DNA of 64,000 nucleotides from Flavobacteriales bacterium (GCA_016788485.1 JAEUSV010000158.1:972-64971), one strand, 5' to 3'. Positions 26,956-36,683 are shown, numbered from the stretch's first letter. The notes: a model not told the origin generated them from the letters alone. Numbers and translations are program-made.

Positions 26956-29510
26956 TTCGGTTGTTGCGTACGCTCCTTCTGCTGCTCGTGGCGGCACCCG
27001 CCCTGGGCCAGCGCCTGCAGGGGCCCGCGCTCGACTATGCCTTCCCGCGCGAGTACACCATCGGCGGCATCACCGTCACGGGGTGCGTGACGCGCGAGCC
27101 CAACGCCGTGAAGCTCTTCAGCGGCCTGAAGGTGGGCGACAAGGTGAACGTGCCCGGGCAGAAGATCACGGATGCCATCAAGAACATCTGGGACCAGCAG
27201 CTCTTCAGCGATGTGCGCATCGAGGCCGCCGAGGTGCGCGGGCAGACGATCTTCCTCAACATCACCGTGAAGGAGGTGCCCCAGCTGTCGTTCTTCAAGT
27301 TCACCAACGTGAGCAAGAGCGAGAGCGAGAAGCTGCGCGATGAGCTCACCCTGGCCCGCGGGCAGCAGGTCACCGAGGCCGCGGTGAAGGATGCGCGCGA
27401 GACCATCCGGCGTTACTACGTGGACAAGGGCTACCTGAAGGCGCGGGTGGCCACCCGTGAGGTGGGCAGCGATTCGCTCATGCCCAACAGCGTGATCCTC
27501 TACTACGATGTGGAGCGCGGCCCCAAGGTGAAGATCGCGGAGGTGAACTTCTTCGGCAACGAGCACGTGGAATCGAGCCGCCTGCGCAAGGCCATGCGCA
27601 AGACCAAGCGCAAGACCTGGTACAACATCTTCGCCAGTTCCAAGTTCAGCAGCAAGGAGTACGAGGCCGACAAGCGCGCGGTGATCGACGTGTTCAACGA
27701 CAACGGCTACCGCAACGCGAGCATCGTGAAGGACTCGGTGTACTACGTAAAGGACGACCGGCTGGCGGTGGACATCCACATCGACGAGGACCGCCGCTTC
27801 TACTACCGCAACGTGTCGTTCACCGGCAACACCAAGTACACCAGCGACACGCTCACCAAGGTGCTCGCCATCAAGCGCGGCGACGTGTACAACAAGAAGC
27901 GGCTGGAGAGCAGGTTGTACATGAACCAGAGCGGCCAGGACGTGAGCTCGCTCTACATGGACAAGGGCTACCTCTCCTTCTCGCCACAGCCGGTGGAGGT
28001 GGTGGACGGCGACAGCATCGACCTCGAGATCCGCGTGCGCGAGGGCAAGCAGTACCGGATACGCAACGTCAGCATCAAGGGCAACACGAAGACCTACGAT
28101 CACGTGATCCGGCGCGAGATCCGCACCAAGCCGGGCCAGCTCTTCGACCGCAGCGAGGTGATCCGTTCACAGCAGCAGCTCATCGGCCTGGGCTACTTCG
28201 ACCCGGAAGCGACCACCGTGAACCCCAGCCCCGACCCGCGCACGGGCCTGGTGGACCTGGAGTACATCGTGGCCGAGAAACCGAGCGACCGCCTGGAGCT
28301 GAGCGGTGGTTACGGGGCAGGGCGCCTGGTGCTGACCCTGGGCCTCTCGTTCACCAACTTCAGCATGCGCAAGTTCTTCAAGCCCGGCGCCTGGACCCCG
28401 CTGCCCGCGGGCGACGGACAGACGCTGAACCTGCGCGCACAGACCAACGGCCGGGCCTTCCAGACCTACAGCGTGAGCTTCATCGAGCCCTGGCTCGGCG
28501 GCCGCAAGCCCAACTCCTTCAGCCTTTCGGGGTGGCACTCGGTGCAGACCAACGGGGCGGACAAGTACATCAACACCAGCGAAGGTCGCATCTCCAACCC
28601 GTTGTACCAATCGCTCAGGATCTACGGCCTCTCGGTCGGTTTCGGCAAGCGCATCCCCTGGCCGGACGACTACTTCTCGATGAGCAACACGGTGTCGTAC
28701 CAGCTGTACGACCTCAACAACTGGATCAGCGCACAGGCCACCTTCGGCTTCCCGAACGGCAAGAGCAACGTGCTCGCGTACCAGTTCCGCCTCACGCGCC
28801 GCAGCATCTTCGCCCCCTTCTGGAACACGCAGGGTTCCGACATCACCTTCAGCGTGAAGCTGACCCCGCCCTGGTCGCTGTGGGGCTGGACGAACACCTT
28901 CCCCGAGGGCGAGGACATCGCGACGCTTGAACCGGCGGAGAAGTACAAGTGGGCCGAGTTCCACAAGTGGAAGTTCACCACGCAATGGTTCGTGCCCATC
29001 ACGCGTCCGGCCGCCGGCGGCTCGCCCGACCGCAGGCTCGTGCTGATGGCGCGCGCGGGCTTCGGCTTCCTGGGCAAGTACAATACGCTGGTGGGCAACA
29101 GTCCCTTCGAGCGGTTCTACCTGGGCGGCAGCGCCCTCACCGGCTTCCAGCTCGACGGCCGCGAGATCGTGGCCTTGCGCGGCTACGACGACCTGTCACT
29201 CTCGCCCTCCAGCGGCTCCTTCCTGATCAACAAGTACACGGCCGAACTGCGCTACCCCATCAGCCTCAACCCGCAGGCCACCATCTTCGCCCTCACCTTC
29301 ATGGAGGCCGGCAAGACCTGGCAGAGCTTCGAGCGCTACGACCCCTTCAACCTTTACCGTTCCGCGGGCATCGGCCTGCGCCTTTTCCTGCCCATGTTCG
29401 GCCCCATGGGCCTCGATTATGGCTGGCGCTTCGACGATGTGCCCACCCGCCCGGCGATGGCTCGCGGTCAGTTCCACTTCACGATCGGCATAGATCTTGG
29501 CGAGCTCTAG
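26952..29510 (+). CDS. bamA: Outer membrane protein assembly factor BamA
   Basis: Signal MIRLLRTLLLLLVAAPALGQ, five POTRA-like segments, C-terminal barrel. Start overlaps the uppS stop (ATGA at 26952-26955). Confidence 0.9.
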   Translation: MIRLLRTLLLLLVAAPALGQRLQGPALDYAFPREYTIGGITVTGCVTREPNAVKLFSGLKVGDKVNVPGQKITDAIKNIWDQQLFSDVRIEAAEVRGQTIFLNITVKEVPQLSFFKFTNVSKSESEKLRDELTLARGQQVTEAAVKDARETIRRYYVDKGYLKARVATREVGSDSLMPNSVILYYDVERGPKVKIAEVNFFGNEHVESSRLRKAMRKTKRKTWYNIFASSKFSSKEYEADKRAVIDVFNDNGYRNASIVKDSVYYVKDDRLAVDIHIDEDRRFYYRNVSFTGNTKYTSDTLTKVLAIKRGDVYNKKRLESRLYMNQSGQDVSSLYMDKGYLSFSPQPVEVVDGDSIDLEIRVREGKQYRIRNVSIKGNTKTYDHVIRREIRTKPGQLFDRSEVIRSQQQLIGLGYFDPEATTVNPSPDPRTGLVDLEYIVAEKPSDRLELSGGYGAGRLVLTLGLSFTNFSMRKFFKPGAWTPLPAGDGQTLNLRAQTNGRAFQTYSVSFIEPWLGGRKPNSFSLSGWHSVQTNGADKYINTSEGRISNPLYQSLRIYGLSVGFGKRIPWPDDYFSMSNTVSYQLYDLNNWISAQATFGFPNGKSNVLAYQFRLTRRSIFAPFWNTQGSDITFSVKLTPPWSLWGWTNTFPEGEDIATLEPAEKYKWAEFHKWKFTTQWFVPITRPAAGGSPDRRLVLMARAGFGFLGKYNTLVGNSPFERFYLGGSALTGFQLDGREIVALRGYDDLSLSPSSGSFLINKYTAELRYPISLNPQATIFALTFMEAGKTWQSFERYDPFNLYRSAGIGLRLFLPMFGPMGLDYGWRFDDVPTRPAMARGQFHFTIGIDLGEL

Positions 29511-29539
29511 GCCGGATCGTCTAATTTCGACGGCTTCCA

Positions 29540-30199
29540 ATGAACCCCTTCCTCCTCCGGATCGCCTTGATGGGCGCGCTCTTCACGGCCGTGGCCGCGC
29601 ACGCCCAGCGCATCGCGTTCGTGAACACGAAGTACATCCTGGAGCAGATGCCCGACTACCAGGCCGCGCAAACGGAGCTTGACCGCTTCAGCGCACAGTG
29701 GCAGAAGGAGATCGACGACCGCTGGGCCCAGGTGAAGCGCCTGCGCGACGCCTACAACGCCGAGGCCATCCTACTGACCGAGGACATGAAGCGGCAGCGG
29801 ATGGAGGACATCGAGAAGAAGGAGCGCGAGGCGCGCGACCTGCAGAAGAAGCGCTTCGGCGTGGAGGGCGACCTCTTCAAGAAGCGGCAGGAACTGGTGC
29901 AGCCGATCCAGGACCGCATCTACGAAGCGGTGAAGGAGGTGGCGGGCACGAGCTACGTGGCCGTGTTCGACATCGGCGGCATGGGCAACAACGTGCTCTA
30001 TGCCAGCGACAAGTACGACAAGAGCGACAGTGTGCTCCGCAAGCTCGGCATCCAGCCGGGCAAGTCGGGCAGCAACAGCGGCGACCTGCGCGGCGAGGAA
30101 CCGTCACCCGACGAGGAGGAGCAGGACAACGCCCAACCCCAGCAGGGCGGCCGCGATGGCGGCGGCGAGGCCCCGCCCCCCCAGAACCCCAAGAAGTGA
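29540..30199 (+). CDS. OmpH/Skp family periplasmic chaperone with an acidic/Gly-rich tail
   Basis: Signal peptide, then a coiled-coil with the Skp-like pattern (IAFVNTKYILEQMPDY...AQWQKEID...). Confidence 0.75.
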   Translation: MNPFLLRIALMGALFTAVAAHAQRIAFVNTKYILEQMPDYQAAQTELDRFSAQWQKEIDDRWAQVKRLRDAYNAEAILLTEDMKRQRMEDIEKKEREARDLQKKRFGVEGDLFKKRQELVQPIQDRIYEAVKEVAGTSYVAVFDIGGMGNNVLYASDKYDKSDSVLRKLGIQPGKSGSNSGDLRGEEPSPDEEEQDNAQPQQGGRDGGGEAPPPQNPKK

Positions 30200-30213
30200 A
30201 CACCCCGACAACG

Positions 30214-30720
30214 ATGAAGAAGCTAGTGATGACCCTGTGCATGGTGGCGCTCGCGGCCCCGGCCCTGTTCGCCCAATCGCCCAAGCTGGGTCACATCGAC
30301 CGCCAGGCGCTGATGCTGATGCTCCCCGAGCGCAAGGACGCCGAGACCAAGATGCAGGCCTTCGCCAAGACGCTGGAGGACCGCCTGAAGGCCATGCGCA
30401 CCGAGTACCAGACCAAGGTGGAGAAGGCCAACACCGATGCGGCCACCATGACCAACACCGAGAAGGAGATGGTGATGCGCGAGCTGCAGGAGCTTGAGCA
30501 GCGCATCGTGGACGCGCAGGAGAAGGCGCAGGAGGACCTGCAGAAACAGGAGCAGGAGCTGCTGGCCCCCATGGTGGACCGGACCAACACAGCGATCCGT
30601 GATGTGGCCGCCGCCGGCAACTTCACCTACATCTTCGACACCAGCGCCGGCATGGTGCTGTACTACGACAAGGGCGAGGACATCCTGCCCGCGGTGAAGG
30701 CGAAACTGGGCATCCAGTAA
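30214..30720 (+). CDS. OmpH/Skp family periplasmic chaperone
   Basis: MKKLVMTLCMVALAAPALFAQ followed by a Skp-like coiled coil. In-frame ATG 30214 within ORF 29698..30720. Confidence 0.75.
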   Translation: MKKLVMTLCMVALAAPALFAQSPKLGHIDRQALMLMLPERKDAETKMQAFAKTLEDRLKAMRTEYQTKVEKANTDAATMTNTEKEMVMRELQELEQRIVDAQEKAQEDLQKQEQELLAPMVDRTNTAIRDVAAAGNFTYIFDTSAGMVLYYDKGEDILPAVKAKLGIQ

Positions 30721-30728
30721 GCGCGATC

Positions 30729-31568
30729 GTGGCCGATACACGTCCCATCGGCATCTTCGACAGCGGCATCGGCGGCCTCACCGTCGCCCGGGCCATACGG
30801 CAGGCGCTCCCCACGGAGCGCCTGCTCTATTTCGGCGATGGGGCGCATGTGCCCTACGGGCCGCGGTCGGCATCCGAGGTGCTGGGCTTCAGCGCGGGCA
30901 TCACCGAGTTCCTGCTCGCGCAGGAGAGCAAGCTGGTCGTCATCGCGTGCAACACGGCCTCGGCAGCGGCCCTTGCCCCCTTGCGCGAACGCATGCCGCA
31001 CGTGCCCTTCGTGGGCATGGAACCCGCGGTGAAACCGGCCGCCGAGCACACGCGCACCGGCGTGGTGGGCGTGCTCGCCACCGTGGCCACCGTGCAGAGC
31101 GCGGTGTTCGAGAGCGTGGTGGAGCGTTTCGCCCAGGGCGTGGAGGTGATCCGCCAGGCCTGCCCGGGGCTCGTGGCACGCATCGAGGAAGGGGCCTTCG
31201 AGGCACCGGAGACCGAGGAAATGCTGCGCGGCTGGCTCGAACCCATGATGGCCCGCAACATCGACGCGCTGGTGCTGGGCTGCACGCACTACCCCATCGT
31301 GCGCCCGCTCATCGAACGCATCGTGGGGCCCGGTGTGCGCGTGATCGATCCCGCGCCGGCGATCGCGCGGCGCGTGGAGAAGGTGCTGCACATGAACGGT
31401 AGCGCCGCCCCCCCGGATGCCACCGGCGGTCTCGCCTGCTGGACCTCCGGCCCGGTGGTGCCGTTCCGCCTGATGTTGCAGCGGCTCGGGCTGCCCGTTG
31501 CGGATGTGCGCGCCGCCTGCTGGCAGGGTGACACCCGTGTCACTCCCTGTACCAGCCTGCGTACGTGA
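30729..31568 (+). CDS. murI: Glutamate racemase
   Basis: IGIFDSGIGGLTV, ACNTAS and GCTHYP catalytic-Cys motifs. Confidence 0.9.
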   Translation: MADTRPIGIFDSGIGGLTVARAIRQALPTERLLYFGDGAHVPYGPRSASEVLGFSAGITEFLLAQESKLVVIACNTASAAALAPLRERMPHVPFVGMEPAVKPAAEHTRTGVVGVLATVATVQSAVFESVVERFAQGVEVIRQACPGLVARIEEGAFEAPETEEMLRGWLEPMMARNIDALVLGCTHYPIVRPLIERIVGPGVRVIDPAPAIARRVEKVLHMNGSAAPPDATGGLACWTSGPVVPFRLMLQRLGLPVADVRAACWQGDTRVTPCTSLRT

Positions 31569-32055
31569 GGTAGTTCGCCGCGATCCGCTCGATCTCGTTC
31601 GCGCTGAGATCAGCGCTCACCGGTCCGATGCGCTTCGCAGGCACGCCGGCCATGAGGCTGCCGGGCTCCACCTTGGTGTTCTGCAACACCACCGCACCGG
31701 CCGCGATGACGCTGCCCGCACCGATGTCGGCGTGGTCCATCACGATCGCGCCCATGCCCACCAGCACCTTGTCGCGGATGGTACAGCCGTGCACGATGGC
31801 GTTGTGCCCGATGCTCACATCGTTGCCGATGGTGAGCGCCGCGCGCTGGTAGGTGCAGTGCAGCACCGCGCCGTCCTGCACGTTCACCCGGTCGCCGATG
31901 CGGATGCTGTGCACATCACCGCGCACCACCGCGTTGTACCAGACGCTGCAGTCCTTCCCCATCACCACATCGCCGATCACCACGGCGGTCTCGGCCAGGA
32001 AGATGTTCGCGCCGAAGGCCGGCGTATGGCCCTTGAGCGTGCGTACCAAGGCCAT
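31540..32055 (-). CDS. Gamma-class carbonic anhydrase / hexapeptide-repeat family protein
   Basis: Left-handed beta-helix hexapeptide repeats and the conserved SVWYNAVVRGD...IRIG segment. Start MALVRT at 32055. Confidence 0.8.
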   Translation of the reverse strand: MALVRTLKGHTPAFGANIFLAETAVVIGDVVMGKDCSVWYNAVVRGDVHSIRIGDRVNVQDGAVLHCTYQRAALTIGNDVSIGHNAIVHGCTIRDKVLVGMGAIVMDHADIGAGSVIAAGAVVLQNTKVEPGSLMAGVPAKRIGPVSADLSANEIERIAANYLTYAGWYRE

Positions 32056-32057
32056 GG

Positions 32058-32420
32058 TCAATGCTTCTTTTCGACGGGCTTGCCGCAACCCTCCTTCTGG
32101 CAGCAGGCCGGCAGGTTGCGGAAGGCCTTCTCGTCGCCCGGCTGGTCGTCGGCGTAGTAACCGAGCTTGGTGATGGCCACGCGGATGCGCTCCGGCGAGG
32201 TCTTCTTCGCATCGTAGGTCACGTGCACCACGTTGGTGGCCAGGTCAAGGTCGGCCTGCTTCACGCCTTTCTCGTAGAGCAGCCCTTCCTCGATGGTCTT
32301 CTCGCACATGTCGCACACGCTGCTGGTGCGCACATCGAGGGTGGCGAGGCCCGTGTCCTGGGCGGTGGCCCGGCCGGCGATCAAGGCGATGGCCAGGGGG
32401 AGGAGGATGGATCGGATCAT
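32058..32420 (-). CDS. Secreted heavy-metal-associated (HMA) domain protein with a Cys-rich tail
   Basis: Signal peptide, CxxC metal site (SSVCDMCEKT) in a ferredoxin-like HMA pattern, and a C-terminal PACCQKEGCGKP. Confidence 0.7.
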   Translation of the reverse strand: MIRSILLPLAIALIAGRATAQDTGLATLDVRTSSVCDMCEKTIEEGLLYEKGVKQADLDLATNVVHVTYDAKKTSPERIRVAITKLGYYADDQPGDEKAFRNLPACCQKEGCGKPVEKKH

Positions 32421-32437
32421 GGTCGGTTCGTTGTCGT

Positions 32438-34684
32438 TTATTTCTTGTGTAGGACGTGCCGCAGGCCGGCGTAGATCATGGCCTTGTTGGTGGGCCCCCA
32501 GATCATCGACGCATCAAAGTACGGGCCGAAGGGGTCCTCGGGGGCGATGATCTGGCGCATTTGCAGGGTGCTGGTGAGGTTCTCCCCGCCCACGTACACC
32601 TCCCACGCGCCCGCCACCCAGGTGACCTGCGCGTTGAGCGTGGCATAGGACGGGGCGCGCTCGGCCAGGCGATAGGCCTCGGGGTTGCTGGCCGTGCCGG
32701 GGATGCGCGAGCTGCCGAACACGTTCAGCGTGGCATCGGCGCGGAAGCGTTCGTTGCGGCTCTCGTAGGCCAGGTCCACCATGCCGCGGTGGGTGGGGGT
32801 GAACGGACGCTCGCGCAACACACCGTCGTAAGTGGTGCGCACATCGTACCAGCGGTAGGCCAGCTTCATGTTGATGTGCCGCGTGAGCCCCACCTGCACG
32901 TCCGTGAGCACGCTGTTCGCGAAGCTGCGCCCGCTGAGGCCGTAGAACACGAGCTGCTGCGGACTGCGGTCCAGGTCGCTCACCACCTGGTCGGTGAAGC
33001 GGGTGGTGTAGACATCGATGGTGAAGGCCCATCGGCGGTCGAGCCACTTCCACTTGTGGAGCAGCGATGCGCCCACGTTCCAGGCGCGTTCCATGGGCAG
33101 CACGCCTTCCACACGCACCACGCGCGAACTGGCCAGCGCGCTGGCGTTCTCGGCGAGCGGCACCGCGGTGCGGAAGGCGTGGCCCACGCTGAGCCGGGCC
33201 GAGGACAACGGCCCCAGGTCGTACTTCGCATGGAGCCGCGGGCTCACCGCCGTGCCGAACCAGCTGTTGGCATCAGCGCGCACACCCGCCACACCCGTGA
33301 AGGACCCGCGCTTGAGCGTGTACTCGGTGAACGCCCCCGGCATCACCTCGTTGCGCGCGAAGCTGCTGTCGTTGTACACCTCGGTGTAGTCGTCCCACTG
33401 CATGGTGAGGCCGGCCTTGAGGTCGTCTCGTCCTTCGGACAGCAGCATCTGGTAGACCGCATTGCCGTAGAGGCTCTTCTGTTCGGCATCGTAGCGGCGA
33501 TCACCGAACGCGGAGCTCAGGTGATGCTGGCGCGCGGCGAAGATCAGGCCGATGCTGCGGCTGGGGTCGTTGCGGAACACGAAGCCGTACTTGCCGATGG
33601 CATCGGTGAGCTCGTTGCCGATCTCCACGCGGTAGTGCCGGCCCGACAGGCCCTCTCCGGCCGCATGCGCATCGGTCTGCCCCCCGCTGCGCGTCTCGGT
33701 CACATAGCGCAGGATGAACTGTGCGGTCACGTTGTCCTTGCGGTGGAGCCAGCGGTCCATCACGTTGAAGCGCTGCGTGCGGGGCTGGTCCATGAACGCG
33801 TCGTTGTTCTGGTCCATCTCCGCGTTGAAGAGGTTGCCGTGCACCGCCACCAGGTTCGCGCTGTACCGCCCGGTGCGCTGGGTGTGGTGGATGTTCGCCT
33901 CGAAACGGCCCTGGCTGTTGCCGTACAGGTTGAGCAGGAAGGGCTCCGTGGTGTCGGGCGGCACCAGGCACAGGTCGATCTGGCCGGTGATGGCGTTGGG
34001 GCCGTTCACCGCCGTACCGATGCCCTTGCTCACGTTGATGCTGTTGATCCACGTGCCGGGTATCAGCGTGAGGCCCTGGCCCGTGCTGAGGCCGCGGATG
34101 AAGGGGATGTTCTCCACGCTCATCTGGGCGTACTTGCCGTCGAGCCCCAGCATGCGCAAGGCCTTGGTGCCGCTCACGGCATCGGTGAAGCTCACGTCCA
34201 CCGTGGCGTTGCTCTCGAAGCTCTCGCTGAGGTCACAGCACGCGGCACGTTTCAGTTCGCGCGCGGTGATGGTCTCGGTATTGATCAGTGTGCGCGTGCT
34301 CAGCTGGGTGGTCTGCTGCCGTTCGACCACCTCCGCGGCCTTGAGCTCGGTGGCGGGCTCCAGGCGAAGCTCCAGCGGGCCCGTCGCGGGCGCATCCAAC
34401 ACCAGGCTGTCGGTGGTGTGCGCGGCGGCCGATGCGGTGAGCACCAAGGGATAGGCAAGGTCCGCCGGCACGGGGATGGAGAAGCGGCCTTCGGCATCGC
34501 CCTGCGCCGTGAAGCGCCGCTGTGCGCCGGAGCGTTCGTCCAAGGACACGGCCGCGAAGGGCACCGGTTCTCCGGTGGCGCTACCACCCGCGAGCACCCG
34601 GCCATCGATCGGCGGGGGGACTTGGGCCCGGAGCAAACCGGGCAGCAGGAACAGCAGGTAGGGAAGGATCCGTTTCACATGCAT
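32438..34684 (-). CDS. TonB-dependent receptor with N-terminal carboxypeptidase-regulatory-like domain
   Basis: Signal MHVKRILPYLLFLLPGLLRAQ, CarbopepD_reg-like segment, plug (ALRMLGLDGKYAQMSVENIPF) and a long beta-barrel. Confidence 0.8.
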   Translation of the reverse strand: MHVKRILPYLLFLLPGLLRAQVPPPIDGRVLAGGSATGEPVPFAAVSLDERSGAQRRFTAQGDAEGRFSIPVPADLAYPLVLTASAAAHTTDSLVLDAPATGPLELRLEPATELKAAEVVERQQTTQLSTRTLINTETITARELKRAACCDLSESFESNATVDVSFTDAVSGTKALRMLGLDGKYAQMSVENIPFIRGLSTGQGLTLIPGTWINSINVSKGIGTAVNGPNAITGQIDLCLVPPDTTEPFLLNLYGNSQGRFEANIHHTQRTGRYSANLVAVHGNLFNAEMDQNNDAFMDQPRTQRFNVMDRWLHRKDNVTAQFILRYVTETRSGGQTDAHAAGEGLSGRHYRVEIGNELTDAIGKYGFVFRNDPSRSIGLIFAARQHHLSSAFGDRRYDAEQKSLYGNAVYQMLLSEGRDDLKAGLTMQWDDYTEVYNDSSFARNEVMPGAFTEYTLKRGSFTGVAGVRADANSWFGTAVSPRLHAKYDLGPLSSARLSVGHAFRTAVPLAENASALASSRVVRVEGVLPMERAWNVGASLLHKWKWLDRRWAFTIDVYTTRFTDQVVSDLDRSPQQLVFYGLSGRSFANSVLTDVQVGLTRHINMKLAYRWYDVRTTYDGVLRERPFTPTHRGMVDLAYESRNERFRADATLNVFGSSRIPGTASNPEAYRLAERAPSYATLNAQVTWVAGAWEVYVGGENLTSTLQMRQIIAPEDPFGPYFDASMIWGPTNKAMIYAGLRHVLHKK

Positions 34685-34744
34685 TGGTCGTTGATGGGAC
34701 AGGTACGATCGCGCGGGTCGTTCCCGCGGAAAAGGACCGTCCGT

Positions 34745-35149
34745 CTAGACCAGGATGCAGCGCAGGGTGGCCAGCCGTTGTTTGGGGCCGGGTGGCGGCC
34801 GCTTCGAGCAGGGCGCCGGAACGGGATGACGAATGGCGGTGGCCGGCGGAACCGACGTGACCTGTGCGACCGCGAGCACCGGGGCCAGCATTTGACCCTG
34901 GTGCGTCGTGAAAGGCTGGTGCGATGGCTTGGCGACCATCACCTCACAGCATACGGCCTTCACGGTGGCGTTGGTGCCGCGCGCATCGTCGGGGCAGCAG
35001 TCCTTCGCCAGGCCTACCGAGACCACCGTGCGCCCGCTCTGCAGGCAGCGCATGCGGGAGAGCATGGGCATGGCGCCCCCCAGCAGGAAGAGAACCGCCA
35101 AGGCCCAAACAAGGCCTTTGCGCTGGAGGGAGGTGAGGGAGCGCCTCAT
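34745..35149 (-). CDS. Small Cys-rich membrane protein, possibly HYC_CC_PP family
   Basis: N-terminal TM (GLVWALAVLFLLGG), CC pairs (DCCPDD, VCCEV), a PPP tract and a C-terminal LRCILV. Layout and genomic context (next to a TonB receptor and an HMA protein) resemble my recollection of that family. Unverified. Confidence 0.4.
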   Translation of the reverse strand: MRRSLTSLQRKGLVWALAVLFLLGGAMPMLSRMRCLQSGRTVVSVGLAKDCCPDDARGTNATVKAVCCEVMVAKPSHQPFTTHQGQMLAPVLAVAQVTSVPPATAIRHPVPAPCSKRPPPGPKQRLATLRCILV

Positions 35150-35155
35150 GTCCGG

Positions 35156-35163
35156 CAAAGGTA
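35156..35163 (-). promoter_or_regulatory. -7 box TACCTTTG, 6 nt upstream of ATG 35149
   Basis: Plus strand reads CAAAGGTA, in the divergent gap 35150-35276. Confidence 0.45.
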
Positions 35164-35235
35164 GGGGCCCCACGACCAGGGCGGCCAAGCCCGATCCACG
35201 CCCGGCATGGAAACCCAAGGCCTTCTGGTTGAAGG

Positions 35236-35243
35236 TAACTTTG
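35236..35243 (+). promoter_or_regulatory. -7 box TAACTTTG for the NifU-like gene
   Basis: Matches TAnnTTTG, 33 nt upstream of ATG 35277. Confidence 0.4.
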
Positions 35244-35276
35244 CACCCCCTCCCCACCCAGGGAGGTCCGTTCACC

Positions 35277-35891
35277 ATGGAGCCCACCACCAAGCGCCCC
35301 CCCGTCACCATCTACGCCGAAAGCACGCCCAACCCGCTCACCATGCGGTTCGTGGCCAACCGGCTGCTCATCCCCGATGGCCGGATGCTCGAGTTCCGCA
35401 AGGCCGAGGAGGCCGAAGGTGTGTCGCCCCTGGCCGAGAAGGTCTTCAACCTGCCGTTCGTGGACGGCGTGTTCATCAGCGGCAACTTCCTCACCATCAC
35501 CCGCAACAATGCGGTGGATTGGGACCTGGTGCTGCTGGAACTGCGCGAGTACCTCCAGGAGTACATGAACACCGACGGTCGCGTGGTGAACGAGGCGGCG
35601 CCTGCGCAGGCCCTGGCCGATGCCAACGAACGCGCGGTGAGCCATGCCGACGCCTCCTCGGAGGATGACCAACGCATCATCAACGTGCTCGAGGAGTACG
35701 TGGCGCCCGCGGTGGCCGGTGACGGCGGGCACATCGCCTTCCGCTCCTTCAAGGACGGGGTGGTCACCGTGAGCCTGCGCGGCAGCTGCAGCGGCTGCCC
35801 CAGCAGCATGGTGACGCTGAAGGGCGGCATCGAGAACCTGCTGAAGCAGATGGTTCCGGGCGTGCGCGAGGTGGTGGCCGAGGAACTTTAG
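35277..35891 (+). CDS. NifU/Nfu-type Fe-S cluster protein (Nfu_N-like N-terminus plus NifU C-terminal CxxC domain)
   Basis: YAESTPNPLTMRFV (Nfu N-terminal-like) and VSLRGSCSGCPSS (NifU CxxC). In-frame ATG 35277. Confidence 0.8.
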   Translation: MEPTTKRPPVTIYAESTPNPLTMRFVANRLLIPDGRMLEFRKAEEAEGVSPLAEKVFNLPFVDGVFISGNFLTITRNNAVDWDLVLLELREYLQEYMNTDGRVVNEAAPAQALADANERAVSHADASSEDDQRIINVLEEYVAPAVAGDGGHIAFRSFKDGVVTVSLRGSCSGCPSSMVTLKGGIENLLKQMVPGVREVVAEEL

Positions 35892-35901
35892 GGCATCGTT
35901 T

Positions 35902-35925
35902 ATGCGATCCGGTCGGCGATCGCAT
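35902..35925. terminator. Weak hairpin after the NifU-like gene
   Basis: ATGCGATC (35902-35909), 8-nt loop, GATCGCAT (35918-35925). No T-tract. Confidence 0.3.
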
Positions 35926-35954
35926 CCCATGGTCAAAACCCATCGGGTACGACC

Positions 35955-36680
35955 ATGAGAACCATGAAGCGGATGTTGACCCTGGCCCTGGTGCTCGGCA
36001 CGGGCGGGATGATGACGGCCCAGAGCCTGGGCGAGATCAAGGGGCGCGTGCTCGCCCCGGAAGGGGAGCCTGCCTTCAACGCCGTGGTGGAGACGAGCGC
36101 TGGCGGCATGCGTGTGGCCTCCCTCACCGACGACGAGGGGCGCTTCACACTGAAGCCACTGCCCCCCGGGGCCTACAGTGTGCGCATCACGAGCACCGAG
36201 TTCCAGCCCATCGAGATCGAAGGCGTGATCGTGAACGCCGACCAGATCTCCTACGTGCCCGACGTGAGCACCTCGGCGAAGGAGCTGGGCGAGCTCGTGG
36301 TCACGCATCGTCGGTGGGAGCCCCCGCTCATCGACCGCGACATCCCGGGCCGCACGACGCTCTTCCACACCCAGTTCCGCAAGGACCCCACCCGCAAGAA
36401 CCCCGTGAAGCTCGCGAGCACCATCACGCCCGGGGTGTACAAGTCGCCCAACAGCGATGAGCTCTACTTCAAGGGATCGCGCGCCGACGCCATGGTGTAC
36501 TTCGTGGACGGCGTGAAGATGAACACCCTGCGCGGCGTGCCGCCCGACGCGATCAACAGCATCAGCGTGTACACCGGTGGCGTGCCGGCCAAGTACGGCG
36601 ATTTCACCGGCGGCGTGATCGCGATCGAGACCAAGACCTATTTCGATCTTTACCAGCAGCGCCAGGCCGGCATCCACTGA
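35955..36680 (+). CDS. Stand-alone carboxypeptidase-regulatory-like plus TonB-receptor plug-like protein with no barrel
   Basis: Signal peptide, CarbopepD_reg pattern (GRVLAPEGEPAFNAVVE...DDEGRFTLKPLPPGAYSV), then a plug-like segment (YFKGSRADAMVYFVDGVKM...VYTGGVPAKYGDFTGGVIAIETK). The ORF stops 3 nt before the sigma-factor gene. Confidence 0.6.
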   Translation: MRTMKRMLTLALVLGTGGMMTAQSLGEIKGRVLAPEGEPAFNAVVETSAGGMRVASLTDDEGRFTLKPLPPGAYSVRITSTEFQPIEIEGVIVNADQISYVPDVSTSAKELGELVVTHRRWEPPLIDRDIPGRTTLFHTQFRKDPTRKNPVKLASTITPGVYKSPNSDELYFKGSRADAMVYFVDGVKMNTLRGVPPDAINSISVYTGGVPAKYGDFTGGVIAIETKTYFDLYQQRQAGIH

Positions 36681-36683
36681 CCC

